A stretch of 64,000 bases of DNA from Methylophilaceae bacterium (GCA_017858095.1 JAFMCB010000004.1:1688-65687); one strand, 5' to 3'. Shown: positions 1-11,615, numbered from the stretch's first letter. Notes: generated by a model not told the origin, from the sequence alone. A program made the numbers and translations.

Positions 1-1514
1 TTAAATTTAATGGTGGAATTCGTGCAGAAACTAAAAAAAATATTTCTACTGCGCAGCCAATAAGAAAAATTCCTCTGCCAAAGAAAATTGTTCTTCCATT
101 AAGACAACATATTGGTAAATTAGCAAAATTAAAAGTTGACATCGGCGACGAAGTTCTTAAGGGGCAGCTAATTGCTGAAGCTGATGGCAACGTCTCAGCA
201 GCAATTCACGCATCAACCTCAGGAAAAATTACTGCGATTGAAAAACGTCTGATACCGCATCCTTCAGGCTTACCTGATTTTTGTATTGAAATTAGTCCAG
301 ATGGTAAAGATCAGTGGATTGAAAAAAAAGCTATCCCATGGAAAAAAATTGGCTTAGATAAAGTTAACGAATTACTTCTCGAATCAGGCATTGTTGGATT
401 GGGTGGTGCTGCCTTCCCAACGCATTTAAAACTTAATAATAGTAAAAAAGCAGGAGCTCTGAATACTTTAATCGTTAATGCAGCTGAATGTGAGCCCTAT
501 ATTACCTGTGATGACATGTTAATGCGTGAAAAAACCCATGAGCTGATTCAAGGCATAAAACTTGTGCATGAAATTTTAAATGTCAAAGAAAGTGTAATAG
601 GAATTGAAGACAATAAAACTGATGCCATTAATTTTATTCAACATGCAATCAAAAAAGAAAAAAATATTTCGCTGCAAATTGTGCCTACAATTTATCCAAG
701 CGGAGATGCTAAACGACTTATCTACCTATTAAAGGGCATCAAGATCCCAAAAGGCCGCAGATCGAGCGACTACGGTATACAAATGTTTAATGTTGCCACA
801 ATTTTAGCAATCTATAGGTTTATTGAATTTGGTGAACCCTCAATATCAAGAATCGTCACCATCACTGGCAACTTAAAGTCGCCAAGGAATTATGAGCTCT
901 TATTTGGCACGCCGCTCAAAGAAATTATTGACGATGCAGGTGGGCAAATCATTAAAAACGATACCTTTATCATGGGTGGACCAATGATGGGTTTCAAGCT
1001 CCCCAGTATTGATGTCCCGGTAACTAAGGCAATGAATTGTATCATTAGCTCTGAACCTGCAATGATCGAGGAGAAAAAACCTGTATTACCTTGTATTCGT
1101 TGTGCTCGATGTGCGGAGGCTTGCCCCGTTGAGTTACAACCACAAGAGCTTTTTTGGTTTAGCAAATCTAAGCAATTAGAAAAAGCTGAAGAATATAATC
1201 TTTTTGATTGCATTGAATGTGGTTGTTGCTCATATGTTTGCCCAAGCAATATACCTCTTGTTCAATACTATCGATTTGCTAAAAGTGAAATTATTGAAGA
1301 AAGACATGAATATGAACAAGCCAATATCGCTCGTGAGAGAAATGAGTTTCGATTACAAAGACTGGAACGTGAAAAACTGGAGCGTGCCGAGAGAAATGCA
1401 TTACGCCGAGCACAATCTTCATCGGAGGAAAAAACAAAATTAATTGATGAAAAAAGAAAAGCTATTGCTGACGCCATGCAACGTATAGAAAAAGAAGACG
1501 ATAAAAATGATTAA
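1..1514 (+). CDS. rnfC: Rnf/Rsx electron transport complex subunit C (5' end outside window)
   Basis: Frame is open from base 3 (KFNGGIRAE...), upstream of the listed 399 start; GGAAFPT, NAAECEPY and two 4Fe-4S motifs CIRCARCAEACP / CIECGCCSYVCP. Confidence 0.95.
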   Translation, partial: KFNGGIRAETKKNISTAQPIRKIPLPKKIVLPLRQHIGKLAKLKVDIGDEVLKGQLIAEADGNVSAAIHASTSGKITAIEKRLIPHPSGLPDFCIEISPDGKDQWIEKKAIPWKKIGLDKVNELLLESGIVGLGGAAFPTHLKLNNSKKAGALNTLIVNAAECEPYITCDDMLMREKTHELIQGIKLVHEILNVKESVIGIEDNKTDAINFIQHAIKKEKNISLQIVPTIYPSGDAKRLIYLLKGIKIPKGRRSSDYGIQMFNVATILAIYRFIEFGEPSISRIVTITGNLKSPRNYELLFGTPLKEIIDDAGGQIIKNDTFIMGGPMMGFKLPSIDVPVTKAMNCIISSEPAMIEEKKPVLPCIRCARCAEACPVELQPQELFWFSKSKQLEKAEEYNLFDCIECGCCSYVCPSNIPLVQYYRFAKSEIIEERHEYEQANIARERNEFRLQRLEREKLERAERNALRRAQSSSEEKTKLIDEKRKAIADAMQRIEKEDDKND

Positions 1515-2496
1515 TCTTCAATCTCCCTTTGTGCAAGGATCCACAAGCGTTTCAAATATAATGTTTATAGTTATGTTAGCCTTAATACCTGGGCTGATCA
1601 TATACATGTACTTTTTTGGTATAGGTATCTTGCTTAATATCATCCTTGCTAGTATTACAGCCATTATTGCTGAATACTTCATCTTAAAAATTCGAAAGAT
1701 ACCGACTAAAGTTTTTCTCACCGATAACACAGCACTTGTTACCGCATGGCTACTTGCTCTTTCCATTCCATCGATAGCACCTTGGTGGATTACTGTCATT
1801 GGCACGCTGTTTGCTATTATTATTGCCAAACATTTTTATGGTGGCATTGGCTCCAATATTTTTAACCCCGCCATGATTGGTTATGCAATTTTATTAATCA
1901 GCTTTCCGGCCATTATGACAAAATGGCAAAATCCATCTTATCTTTATGATGCAAACATCGCCTTTTCTGTATTTATGCATGGCATTGATAATTATGATGG
2001 AATTGCATCGGCGACACCGCTTGACTATGTCAAGACTGAGTTATTACAAAACAAAAATATTTTACCCATATTGAATGAACCATTAGCAAGATTGACGCAA
2101 ATGCAGTGGGTAGGTTTTGGTTTTCTTCTAGGCGGTATTTTTTTACTTTTCACAAAAATTATTACGTGGCACTTACCTGTTATCTATTTACTTACTCTAT
2201 TTACCATCTCCTCTTTATTTCATCTCATTGATCCAAGTCAGTTTGCCCCATTTCAATTTCACCTATTGAATGGTGGAACCATGTTGGCAGCTTTTTTCAT
2301 TATCACGGACCCTGTAAGTGGTCCGACCACGCCGAAAGGAAAAATATTTTTTGCCTTCTTGATAGCATTACTTGTCTACCTAATCAGAGTTTTTGGTGGT
2401 TACCCTGAAGGCATTGCATTTGCTGTTATTTTTGCAAACATTTGTGTGCCGCTCATTGATAACCTCACACAGCCGAAAGTTTTTGGTCATGACTAA
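1507..2496 (+). CDS. rnfD: Rnf/Rsx complex membrane subunit D
   Basis: GGIGSNIFNPAM, SATPL FMN-attachment Thr, FFIITDPVSGP; follows rnfC. Confidence 0.95.
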   Translation: MINLQSPFVQGSTSVSNIMFIVMLALIPGLIIYMYFFGIGILLNIILASITAIIAEYFILKIRKIPTKVFLTDNTALVTAWLLALSIPSIAPWWITVIGTLFAIIIAKHFYGGIGSNIFNPAMIGYAILLISFPAIMTKWQNPSYLYDANIAFSVFMHGIDNYDGIASATPLDYVKTELLQNKNILPILNEPLARLTQMQWVGFGFLLGGIFLLFTKIITWHLPVIYLLTLFTISSLFHLIDPSQFAPFQFHLLNGGTMLAAFFIITDPVSGPTTPKGKIFFAFLIALLVYLIRVFGGYPEGIAFAVIFANICVPLIDNLTQPKVFGHD

Positions 2497-3124
2497 GTTT
2501 ACTTATAATCAAAAAATTATCTTCCAAACGGTTTCTATCATGGTTTTATTTGGTCTTATCTTCTCTGCTTTTTTAGGTTTTTTTTTCGAGACCACCAGCC
2601 CTATTATTGAAAAAAGTGAAGCAGAAGCGAAACGACGATTATTGCTCGAACTCATTTCAAACGAAATATATGACAACGATATTGAAAAAGATTTTCTTAT
2701 CATTGAGCCGAATAACTTATTAAAAAATAAGAAACCAACAGCGCTTTACCTTGTTAAATACAATGATAAAAATAAAGTTGCCATTATTGAGACGCGTGCA
2801 CCTGATGGTTATTCAGGTGATATTTTTCTCTTGGTCGCAATCAATGAAAAAGCGGAAATTTTAAATGCACGTGTTATTAAGCATCAAGAAACGCCAGGTT
2901 TAGGGGATTATATTGATAAAGAAAAAACAAATTGGATTGATATTTTTCAATTACAATCTTTCACCAAAACAAACGAAAAGAAATGGGCCGTAATTAAAGA
3001 CCAAGGTGAGTTTGATTATGTGTCAGGTGCTACAATTACACCGAGGGCTGTTATTAACGCAGTTAAAAATGCACTTAAGTATTTCGAAGAAAATAAAATA
3101 AAGTTAGGTTTTACGGATGTTTAA
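2489..3124 (+). CDS. rnfG: Rnf/Rsx complex subunit G
   Basis: ATG at 2489 overlapping the rnfD end; N-terminal TM, ETPGLGD and SGAT FMN-binding motif. Confidence 0.93.
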   Translation: MTKFTYNQKIIFQTVSIMVLFGLIFSAFLGFFFETTSPIIEKSEAEAKRRLLLELISNEIYDNDIEKDFLIIEPNNLLKNKKPTALYLVKYNDKNKVAIIETRAPDGYSGDIFLLVAINEKAEILNARVIKHQETPGLGDYIDKEKTNWIDIFQLQSFTKTNEKKWAVIKDQGEFDYVSGATITPRAVINAVKNALKYFEENKIKLGFTDV

Positions 3125-3752
3125 ACAAGCAATGTTGGATGGTTTATGGAAACAAAACCCAGGCGTAATTCAGCTCTTGGGTTTGTGTCCAACTTTGGCT
3201 GTCACAACTACGGTAGTGAACGGCGTCAGTCTTGGTCTAGCCACTGTCTTTGTGATGATTTTTTCTAATGCCTCAATCGCACCTATTAGGCAGTTCGTAC
3301 CAAGTGAAATTCGCGTGCCTATTTTTATTCTTGTCATTGCCGCTTTAGTTACCATCATTGATTTAACTATTCATGCTTATGCCGAACCACTTTATAAAAC
3401 ACTTGGTATTTTTATTCCATTAATAGTGACCAATTGTATTGTTCTGGCTCGGGTGGAATCGTTTGCTTCCAAAAATCCATTATTGCCGTCAATTTATGAT
3501 GGCTTATTTATGGGTCTTGGACTGTGTATAGTGCTAGCAATCCTTGGTGGGATGCGAGAATTTTTGGGCAAAGGAACTTTATTTTCAGGTTTACATTTAA
3601 TTTTTGGTGACGGGTATCGTGATTTTAATCTTCAGTTTTTCAGTGCAGATAACGGTTTTTTATTGGCCGTATTGCCTCCGGGTGCTTTCTTAGGTTTAGC
3701 ATTGTTAATTGCCATTACCAATTGGATTGACCAAAAAAAATCAGCATCATGA
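3117..3752 (+). CDS. rnfE: Rnf/Rsx complex subunit E
   Basis: LLGLCPTLAVT, FIPLIVTNC, LPPGAF motifs. Confidence 0.95.
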   Translation: MFKQAMLDGLWKQNPGVIQLLGLCPTLAVTTTVVNGVSLGLATVFVMIFSNASIAPIRQFVPSEIRVPIFILVIAALVTIIDLTIHAYAEPLYKTLGIFIPLIVTNCIVLARVESFASKNPLLPSIYDGLFMGLGLCIVLAILGGMREFLGKGTLFSGLHLIFGDGYRDFNLQFFSADNGFLLAVLPPGAFLGLALLIAITNWIDQKKSAS

Positions 3753-4378
3753 ATTATGCTAAAAGAGAAAAAATTTTTTCTCTGCTAAAAAAAAATATTC
3801 CAAATGCAAAAACCGAACTTATTTACCAGTCACCATTTCAGCTTTTAATTGCAGTTATATTGTCTGCACAAGCCACCGACATTTCGGTCAATAAAGCAAC
3901 AAAAAAATTATATCAACGGGCTGGTAATGCTGCTCAATTAAGTCGATTAGCATTAAATGAAATTGAAAACTTGATTAAAACGATTGGGCTTTATAAAACC
4001 AAAGCAAAAAATATTCTTAACACCAGTCAAATTATTCATATGGAATATGGTGGCGAGGTGCCCAATAATCGAAAAGTACTGGAAAGTCTTCCGGGTGTCG
4101 GCAGAAAAACGGCAAACGTGATATTAAATACTATTTTTCATGAACCTGTCATTGCCGTTGATACACACATATATCGACTTGCAAATAGGATTAATTTGGC
4201 GCCAGGTAAAACCCCACTGGAAGTCGAGAAGAAATTAACCAAACTCACACCAAAACAATTTTTAACCGATGCACATCATTTGCTCATTTTGCATGGGCGC
4301 TATGTGTGTAAGGCACAGAAGCCTTTGTGCAGTGACTGTATAATTAATGAATTGTGTGAATATAAAGGAAAACTCTAG
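3749..4378 (+). CDS. nth: Endonuclease III
   Basis: LSAQATD, HhH LPGVGRKTA, VDTH, C-terminal 4Fe-4S Cys cluster; usual position after rnfE. Confidence 0.96.
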   Translation: MNYAKREKIFSLLKKNIPNAKTELIYQSPFQLLIAVILSAQATDISVNKATKKLYQRAGNAAQLSRLALNEIENLIKTIGLYKTKAKNILNTSQIIHMEYGGEVPNNRKVLESLPGVGRKTANVILNTIFHEPVIAVDTHIYRLANRINLAPGKTPLEVEKKLTKLTPKQFLTDAHHLLILHGRYVCKAQKPLCSDCIINELCEYKGKL

Positions 4379-4563
4379 AACAATTCTTCCATTCTAGCGG
4401 GGAGTAAGGCAATAATTTTTTCTTTTTCAGCATTGCTCATATCAAACCAATCGGTAATTTCTTGTGAAGTTCTAAAGCAACCCTGGCAAACTTCTTCATC
4501 ATTGTACTGACACACGCCAACACAAGGCGATTCAACGGTGGATTGATTTTTCATATCATCCAT
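4375..4563 (-). CDS. DUF1289-family small Cys-rich (predicted Fe-S) protein
   Basis: SPCVGVC...CQGCFRT...EITDW signature; ATG at 4563 overlaps the secA stop (TAATG). Confidence 0.85.
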   Translation of the reverse strand: MDDMKNQSTVESPCVGVCQYNDEEVCQGCFRTSQEITDWFDMSNAEKEKIIALLPARMEELF

Positions 4564-7241
4564 TAACTTAACGCACCATGACAATGTTTATATTTTTTGC
4601 CGCTTCCACACGGGCAAGGCTCATTACGACCAACTTTGGCCTGATTAGCTGTATTAGCTTGTTCTGATTTTTCACGATTTGATTTTGCTGCATCAAGTTT
4701 CGATTGATTTTGTGCATCGATTCTTTTTGCCTCTTTCTCATCTTTTACTACCACCAACATGAGTACCCGAGTAATCTCAAATTTAATCGTCTCGAGCAAT
4801 TGTTCAAATAAAGCAAAAGCTTCCTTCTTAAATTCTTGTTTCGGATCTTTTTGACCATAAGCTCTGAGTCCAATACCCTGCCTTAAATGATCAAGCGAGG
4901 ATAGATGTGAGCGCCAATGATGGTCAAATATTTGCAACATGACGGACCGCTCAAAATGGTGAAGCGCCTCTTTTCCAGCGACTTTTTCTTTTTCACGGTA
5001 ATTTTTTAATGCATTCACTTGCACTTGCTTAACAATATCCTCAATGGGTAGATTTGGATCTTTTTTTAACCAAGCATTAATCTTTGCATCCAGACCATAA
5101 TCTGCAAGTAATCTTTTCTCTAACGCTGGAACATCCCACATTTCCTCAACACTTTCAGCTGGCATGTATTCATACACCGTTTGTTCCAAAACATCATTGA
5201 TAATTCTATCAACCGTCTCCACTAAATCTGGGCTATCTAAAATATCATTTCGTTGCTCATAAATAACGCTTCTTTGTTGATTAGGGACATCATCAAATTC
5301 TAAAAGCTGCTTACGAATATCAAAATTACGTCCCTCTACTTTGCGCTGCGCACCCTCAATGGAGCGATTTACCCAGGTATGCTCAATAGGTTCCCCTTTT
5401 GGCATATCTAATTTATCCATAATGGTTGCGACTCGATCAGAACCAAAAATTCTCAACAGAGGATCTTCTAAAGATAAATAAAATGAGCTAGAACCTGGGT
5501 CACCTTGACGACCTGAGCGACCTCGTAATTGATTGTCGATACGTCTTGATTCGTGACGCTCGGTGCCAATGATATGCAATCCACCCGCACTAATTACTTG
5601 TTGATGACGAGTCTGCCAAGCTTTCTTCAATTCATCAATTTGTTTTTTACGTTTTGCTGTATCAATTTTTTTAGCCTCTAAAGCCTCTATCTCAGGCTCT
5701 ATATTGCCACCCAACACAATATCAGTGCCACGACCGGCCATGTTCGTTGCGATCGTGATCATACCCGGCTGTCCTGCTTGCACAATAATATTTGCCTCTT
5801 TTTCATGTTGTTTGGCATTTAAGACTTGATGTTTGAGTTTGGCTTTAGTTAATCGCTTCGATATGAATTCTGAATTTTCAATCGATGTTGTTCCTACCAG
5901 CACGGGCTGCTGCCTTTTATGACAATCAAGAATATCAGTTAAAACTGCTTCGTACCGCTCTTCTGAGGTTCGATAGATTTTATCGATGTTATCTTTCCGT
6001 ATGGTTGTTTTGTGCGGTGGAATGATAATTGTCTCGAGGCCATAAATTTGATTAAATTCTTCGGCTTCGGTATCGGCGGTCCCTGTCATACCGGATAATT
6101 TGGCATACATACGGAAATAATTCTGAAACGTGATCCCTGCCATGGTTTGATTTTCTTTTTGAATTGTCACGCCCTCTTTCGCCTCAACCGCTTGATGCAA
6201 GCCATCAGACCATCTTCGGCCAGGCATCATGCGTCCGGTAAATTCATCAACAATAGTAATAGCACCATCTTTAACGACATAATCTTTATCTTTTATAAAG
6301 AGATAATGGGCTTTAAGCGAAGAATTAACGTAATGCAATAAACTAATGTTGGAGGGGTCATACAAATTTGAATCTTTTTCTAATAAACCAAACTCAGCGA
6401 GAATTTGTTCGGTTTTTTCATGCCCTTTTTCCGACAGGATAGCCTGATGTGCTTTTTCATCAATCCAAAAATCGCCTTCCCCATCTTGTTTTTCTTGTTT
6501 CGTTAATTTTGGGACGATTTTATTTACTTGTGTGTAAAGATCAATATTTTGTTCGGACGGTCCAGAGATAATAAGGGGTGTTCTTGCTTCATCAATTAAA
6601 ATTGAATCCACTTCATCCACAACTGCAAAATTTAAGGGTCTTTGCACACGATCCTCTGCTGCATAGACCATGTTGTCTCTTAAATAATCAAAACCAAATT
6701 CATTGTTGGTACCATAGGTAACATCTGCTTGATAGGCTTTTTGTTTTTGATCGCCAGGCATTCTAGATAAATTAATACCCACGGTAAGTCCTAAGTATTC
6801 ATATATTTTACCCATCCACTCAGCATCGCGTTTTGCCAAATAGTCATTGACCGTCACAACATGTGTGCCTTTACTGGCTAAGGCATTAAGATAAATCGCT
6901 AAGGTAGCAACCAAGGTCTTACCCTCACCGGTTCGCATCTCGGAAATTTTTCCTTCGTGCAGCGCCATGCCACCCATCAATTGCTCATCATAATGTCGCA
7001 AACCAATAGTGCGCACACTGGCTTCACGCACCAACGCAAAAGCTTCGATGAGAAAGTCATCTAAAGTGGCTCCCTCTTTAAAACGCTTTTTGAATTCTTC
7101 AGTTTTCTTTTTAAAATCAGTGTCTTTTAATTTTTGGATCGCTACTTCCATCGCATTAATCATGGCAACTTTTTTGCCATAATCTTTTAATAAACGCTCA
7201 TTGCGACTTCCAAATAAGCCAGTGATGATTTTTTTTAGCAT
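4563..7241 (-). CDS. secA: Preprotein translocase ATPase SecA
   Basis: [37 protein letters not shown]-terminal [17 protein letters not shown]. Confidence 0.99.
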   Translation of the reverse strand: MLKKIITGLFGSRNERLLKDYGKKVAMINAMEVAIQKLKDTDFKKKTEEFKKRFKEGATLDDFLIEAFALVREASVRTIGLRHYDEQLMGGMALHEGKISEMRTGEGKTLVATLAIYLNALASKGTHVVTVNDYLAKRDAEWMGKIYEYLGLTVGINLSRMPGDQKQKAYQADVTYGTNNEFGFDYLRDNMVYAAEDRVQRPLNFAVVDEVDSILIDEARTPLIISGPSEQNIDLYTQVNKIVPKLTKQEKQDGEGDFWIDEKAHQAILSEKGHEKTEQILAEFGLLEKDSNLYDPSNISLLHYVNSSLKAHYLFIKDKDYVVKDGAITIVDEFTGRMMPGRRWSDGLHQAVEAKEGVTIQKENQTMAGITFQNYFRMYAKLSGMTGTADTEAEEFNQIYGLETIIIPPHKTTIRKDNIDKIYRTSEERYEAVLTDILDCHKRQQPVLVGTTSIENSEFISKRLTKAKLKHQVLNAKQHEKEANIIVQAGQPGMITIATNMAGRGTDIVLGGNIEPEIEALEAKKIDTAKRKKQIDELKKAWQTRHQQVISAGGLHIIGTERHESRRIDNQLRGRSGRQGDPGSSSFYLSLEDPLLRIFGSDRVATIMDKLDMPKGEPIEHTWVNRSIEGAQRKVEGRNFDIRKQLLEFDDVPNQQRSVIYEQRNDILDSPDLVETVDRIINDVLEQTVYEYMPAESVEEMWDVPALEKRLLADYGLDAKINAWLKKDPNLPIEDIVKQVQVNALKNYREKEKVAGKEALHHFERSVMLQIFDHHWRSHLSSLDHLRQGIGLRAYGQKDPKQEFKKEAFALFEQLLETIKFEITRVLMLVVVKDEKEAKRIDAQNQSKLDAAKSNREKSEQANTANQAKVGRNEPCPCGSGKKYKHCHGALS

Positions 7242-7243
7242 AA

Positions 7244-8137
7244 TTATTTCTTCAAATATTGACGGGGGTCGAGTGAGCGACCTTTGTAGCGAATTTCATA
7301 ATGCAGGTGGGGGCCCGTCGAACGGCCTGTATTTCCAACCAACGCAATGACATCTTCACGTTCAACAATGTCACCTTCATTGACAAGTATTTTCGACGCA
7401 TGTGCGTATCGCGTTTCTAATTGATCGCCATGATTTACCACAACAAAGTTTCCATAGTCAGGTGCTTTACCCACCTTAGTAACAATGCCACTTGCCGTAA
7501 CTTTAATGGGTTCGCCCTGGGCAGCACTGAAATCCAAACCGTTGTGGAAGGCACGAATGCCTAAAATAGGATCATGTCGCCAACCGTAGCTGGAGGAACG
7601 ATAGGGAACATTCACTGGAAACAACGTCGGTAGTGTGACTTTAAGAACTGATTGCTTCATCATGATGGCCTCCATTTTATTGTATTGCAACTCACGGGCT
7701 TCAACTTTTGCTAATAAATTATCAATGCCTTGGCGGATATCTTTTTCTTGCAAATCATCATTGATAAATGGGCCGCCTGCCCCACCTAACTTGTCTTTCT
7801 TGTCCAGTTTAGGTAATTTTTCTTTTCCTACAATTTGTTTTTTCATCACTTGCTGAATACGCTCTGTTTGTTGGTCAATGTATTCTAGGCGTGTGTGCAG
7901 TTCACTAATCTGCTTAATAAACATATCCAGCTCTTTTGGTGAGGCTTGAATTTCTAAATCAACATGCAACTGTTCTGTAGTCGTATTATTTTCAACAACA
8001 AACGCAAGTTTATTTTGTATGTATTGATTGGCGGCATAAAATGTTGCAGCAACAAAAATCAATAGAAAAAAAACAATAAGCTCTAGACTGAAACTCTTTG
8101 TTTTTTTTGTATTTTTTCCTAGAAAGTAAATTCGCAT
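7244..8137 (-). CDS. M23-family metallopeptidase with N-terminal TM and coiled coil
   Basis: HNGLDF and TGPHLHYE zinc motifs; usual position upstream of secA. Confidence 0.92.
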   Translation of the reverse strand: MRIYFLGKNTKKTKSFSLELIVFFLLIFVAATFYAANQYIQNKLAFVVENNTTTEQLHVDLEIQASPKELDMFIKQISELHTRLEYIDQQTERIQQVMKKQIVGKEKLPKLDKKDKLGGAGGPFINDDLQEKDIRQGIDNLLAKVEARELQYNKMEAIMMKQSVLKVTLPTLFPVNVPYRSSSYGWRHDPILGIRAFHNGLDFSAAQGEPIKVTASGIVTKVGKAPDYGNFVVVNHGDQLETRYAHASKILVNEGDIVEREDVIALVGNTGRSTGPHLHYEIRYKGRSLDPRQYLKK

Positions 8138-8179
8138 TTATTTAAGGTTAGATTAAAAAAATTAAGGTAGCATTATAGT

Positions 8180-8587
8180 ATGGAACCCATTAAAAAGTTA
8201 TTCCAAAACGATTTTTTTTCTAAAATACAGAAAAAAAAAGATCTTATTGATCGTTACGAAAAAAAATTAAAAAAAATCATTCCAGCCGCACAACAATCAG
8301 CATTTAAGGTTATCAATGTCATTGACCAACGAGTTGTAGTCGAAGTTTCAAGTAATATGATGGCACATCAATTCAAGTTGTTAAAACCGACATTGACGAA
8401 ACAAAGTCATGACGATCAATACCCCATAGCAGATCTTAAAATTAAGGTTAACCCGAATAAAAATCAACAGTTAGGTCAACCATCAAAAAAATTTAATCTC
8501 GGACACCCTCAATTAAAAAAACTCAAGCAACAATTAGATTCATCACCGCTCAAACAGAAACTAACAAATATTCTAAAAAATGATTGA
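8180..8587 (+). CDS. dciA: DciA/DUF721-family helicase-loader-like protein
   Basis: Divergent from M23-secA as in other betaproteobacteria; VVVEVSSNMMAHQFKL...IADLKIKV pattern with a basic C-terminal tail; divergent sequence. Confidence 0.65.
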   Translation: MEPIKKLFQNDFFSKIQKKKDLIDRYEKKLKKIIPAAQQSAFKVINVIDQRVVVEVSSNMMAHQFKLLKPTLTKQSHDDQYPIADLKIKVNPNKNQQLGQPSKKFNLGHPQLKKLKQQLDSSPLKQKLTNILKND

Positions 8588-9371
8588 AATTATTCTGTAT
8601 CTAATTTCAGGGATTTTTATTGGTTCAATAGCCGGTCTTTTTGGCATTGGAGGTGGTCTATTGATTGTGCCAGTCGTTACATATTCGTTGGTTTATTTTC
8701 ATCATGTCAGTTTTGATATTGCTTTGTTATCCGGGGTATCCACTTCATTGGCATCAATTATTTTTAGCGGAATTGTTGCCTCAATTACTCATATCAAGAA
8801 TAAAAATTTTGATATGGGCATCTTTAGGCGCTTTATGTGGGGTGTTTTATTTGGCTCGCTTGTGATTGGGTTTTTTCTTAAACAAATTCCAACAGAAATT
8901 ATTAAAACCTGTTTTATTTTTTATACTTTTCTTGCTGCCTACAAAATTATCAAGCAGCAAACAGGAGTCAGGCAAAAAAAATTTCCCGCCGAACTAATTT
9001 GTCAAAGCATCGGTGCTATTTTTGCAACCCTTTCAGGGCTTATTGGTATTGGCGGCGGAACATTATTTGTGCCTTATTTGCTAAGCAAAAATATTATGCC
9101 AAAACTGGCAGTTGGTATTGCAAGTGTTTTAGGTTTATTCATTGGTATCGGTTCATCTTGCGCGATTTTCTTTGCCGCGGAGACAACCGAGATGAATCAC
9201 ATGGTGGGCTATATTTACCTTCCTGCTATTGTATTTTTAACATTGCCCAGTTTACTTTTTGTCAAGCTATCTGCCACTTGGTTGTTATCTATACCCGATA
9301 CTACAATCAAAAAAGCTTTCGCAGCTTTATTAGTAGTGATCGGTATTTTGATGTTAATCAACCCCTATTAA
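8580..9371 (+). CDS. TauE/SafE-family sulfite exporter-like membrane protein
   Basis: Two GLFGIGGG / GLIGIGGG repeats, about 8 TM segments, GYIYLPA. Confidence 0.88.
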   Translation: MIEIILYLISGIFIGSIAGLFGIGGGLLIVPVVTYSLVYFHHVSFDIALLSGVSTSLASIIFSGIVASITHIKNKNFDMGIFRRFMWGVLFGSLVIGFFLKQIPTEIIKTCFIFYTFLAAYKIIKQQTGVRQKKFPAELICQSIGAIFATLSGLIGIGGGTLFVPYLLSKNIMPKLAVGIASVLGLFIGIGSSCAIFFAAETTEMNHMVGYIYLPAIVFLTLPSLLFVKLSATWLLSIPDTTIKKAFAALLVVIGILMLINPY

Positions 9372-9397
9372 TTAATCATTTTTTTCACGATTTTGGA

Positions 9398-9425
9398 TTG
9401 AGACTTGTGTGAAAAAAGGTATAAT
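9398..9425 (+). promoter_or_regulatory. Putative sigma70 promoter of hppA
   Basis: TTGAGA-16 nt-TATAAT; GGAGG Shine-Dalgarno just before ATG 9491. Confidence 0.6.
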
Positions 9426-9442
9426 GTCGCATCTTTTTTTTA

Positions 9443-9460
9443 AAGTCTTATATAAGACTT
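9443..9460. promoter_or_regulatory. Perfect 18-bp palindrome AAGTCTTATATAAGACTT, candidate operator
   Basis: Exact inverted repeat between the -10 box and the RBS of hppA. Confidence 0.55.
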
Positions 9461-9490
9461 AGAAAATAATAATCATCTTACGGAGGAATT

Positions 9491-11521
9491 ATGTCAGTAA
9501 CCTATCTCGCACTGGCCGCGGCAGTTATTGCTGTTTTATACGGTGCACTCATGTCCAAATGGATTTTTAGTTTACCCGATGGAAACGCAAAAATGAAAGG
9601 TATTGCAGCAGCAATCCAAAATGGTGCATCTGCATACTTAGCCAGACAATACAAATCAATTAGTATTGTTGGTGTTATCTTAGCGATTCTAATTGGCTAC
9701 TTTATTGATATGAATACAGCCATTGGTTTTGTTATTGGTGCTGTGCTATCAGGTCTTTGTGGTTTTATCGGTATGAACGTATCTGTTCGCGCCAATGTAA
9801 GAACCGCACAAGCTGCAACAAAAGGTTTGCCGCAGGCATTTGATGTTGCTTTTAAAGGTGGTGCGATTACAGGTATGCTAGTTGTGGGTCTGGGTCTCTT
9901 AGGTGTTGCTGGCTTTTACTTATACCTTGGTGGAGAAACAATATCTTCAACTGCAGCACTAAATCCACTTATTGGTTTGGCTTTTGGTTCATCATTAATT
10001 TCTATTTTCGCTCGTTTGGGTGGTGGTATTTTTACTAAAGGCGCTGATGTTGGTGCTGACTTGGTTGGTAAAGTTGAGGCAGGTATTCCTGAAGATGATC
10101 CTAGAAATCCAGCCGTGATTGCAGATAACGTTGGTGATAACGTCGGTGACTGTGCAGGTATGGCAGCTGACTTGTTCGAAACTTATGCAGTAACCATCAT
10201 TGCCACAATGGTTTTAGGCGCTTTAATGGTATCCGATGGCAATGGCATAATTTATCCATTAGCGCTCGGTGCAGTGTCAATCATTGCATCAGTCATTGGT
10301 TGTTTCTTTGTTAAAGCAAATAATAAGATGACTAACGTTATGCCAGCTTTATATCGTGGTCTAGCGATTGCAGGATTACTGTCAGCTATTGCTTTCTATT
10401 ATGTAACACAACATTTATTCCCAAATGGTTTTGAGATTTATGGAAAAATGGTATCGGCGAATGCTCTTTTTGGTTCTGCCATCGTAGGTCTAGTTTTAAC
10501 TGCATTACTCGTTTGGATTACAGAGTATTACACTGGTACCGAATATGCCCCTGTGCAACAGGTGGCTAAAGCATCTGAAAGCGGTCACGCGACAAACATC
10601 ATTGCAGGTATTGGTATCTCAATGAAATCTACCGCGCTGCCTGTGCTTTCAGTATGTGCTGCTATTTACTTTTCTTATGACTTGGCAGGGCTTTATGGTG
10701 TTGCCATAGCCGCGACTTCAATGCTTAGTATGGCAGGGATTATCGTTGCGCTAGATGCATATGGTCCTATCACTGATAACGCTGGTGGTATTGCTGAAAT
10801 GGCAGGAATGCCTCAGAAAGTTCGTGATATTACCGATCCTCTTGATGCTGTTGGTAATACAACTAAAGCTGTGACTAAGGGTTATGCAATTGGTTCTGCT
10901 GGGTTAGCTGCGCTCGTTTTATTTGCTGACTATACCCATAAGCTTGAAGAACATTTAGGTGAAATTACACGTTTTGATCTTAGCGAGCCAATGGTGATTA
11001 TTGGTTTGTTTATTGGTGGCCTCATTCCCTTCTTATTTGCAGCAATGGCAATGGAGGCGGTTGGTCGTGCTGCTGCTTCCGTGGTTGAAGAGGTACGTCG
11101 CCAATTTAAAACGATTAAAGGTATTATGACCGGTAAAGCGCAACCAGATTACGCTAAGGCAGTCGATTTATTAACTGCTGCTGCAATTAAAGAAATGATT
11201 ATTCCATCAATGATCCCTGTCGTAGTGCCTATTTTAGTTGGTTTCTACTTAGGACCTCAGGCACTTGGAGGTTTACTCATGGGTACGATTATTACGGGTC
11301 TGTTTGTTGCGATCTCAATGTGTACCGGTGGTGGCGCATGGGATAATGCTAAGAAACACATCGAAGATGGTAATCACGGCGGTAAAGGTTCAGAGGCACA
11401 TAAAGCGTCTGTAACCGGTGATACAGTCGGTGACCCATACAAAGATACAGCGGGTCCTGCGATTAACCCACTCATTAAGATTATTAATATTGTTGCACTG
11501 CTCATTGTGCCGATTTTATAA
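9491..11521 (+). CDS. hppA: Membrane-bound H+-translocating pyrophosphatase, K+-independent type
   Basis: [30 protein letters not shown]; GNTTKA carries the Lys determinant of K+ independence. Confidence 0.96.
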   Translation: MSVTYLALAAAVIAVLYGALMSKWIFSLPDGNAKMKGIAAAIQNGASAYLARQYKSISIVGVILAILIGYFIDMNTAIGFVIGAVLSGLCGFIGMNVSVRANVRTAQAATKGLPQAFDVAFKGGAITGMLVVGLGLLGVAGFYLYLGGETISSTAALNPLIGLAFGSSLISIFARLGGGIFTKGADVGADLVGKVEAGIPEDDPRNPAVIADNVGDNVGDCAGMAADLFETYAVTIIATMVLGALMVSDGNGIIYPLALGAVSIIASVIGCFFVKANNKMTNVMPALYRGLAIAGLLSAIAFYYVTQHLFPNGFEIYGKMVSANALFGSAIVGLVLTALLVWITEYYTGTEYAPVQQVAKASESGHATNIIAGIGISMKSTALPVLSVCAAIYFSYDLAGLYGVAIAATSMLSMAGIIVALDAYGPITDNAGGIAEMAGMPQKVRDITDPLDAVGNTTKAVTKGYAIGSAGLAALVLFADYTHKLEEHLGEITRFDLSEPMVIIGLFIGGLIPFLFAAMAMEAVGRAAASVVEEVRRQFKTIKGIMTGKAQPDYAKAVDLLTAAAIKEMIIPSMIPVVVPILVGFYLGPQALGGLLMGTIITGLFVAISMCTGGGAWDNAKKHIEDGNHGGKGSEAHKASVTGDTVGDPYKDTAGPAINPLIKIINIVALLIVPIL

Positions 11522-11536
11522 TCTGATCCTTCATTT

Positions 11537-11568
11537 AAAAACCTGTCTTTTTTAAGGCAGGTTTTTTT
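11537..11568. terminator. Bidirectional intrinsic terminator between convergent hppA and tspO
   Basis: AAAAACCTGTCTT/AAGGCAGGTTTTT hairpin flanked by A and T tracts. Confidence 0.85.
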
Positions 11569-11615
11569 ATGTCAAAAATTGAGATTCAGAAACTTAATAT
11601 TACTCAAGAACAATA

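Noticed and set aside
8231-8239. A9 run in dciA as a phase-variation site
   Set aside because: Frame is intact and Lys-codon runs are common in this AT-rich sequence
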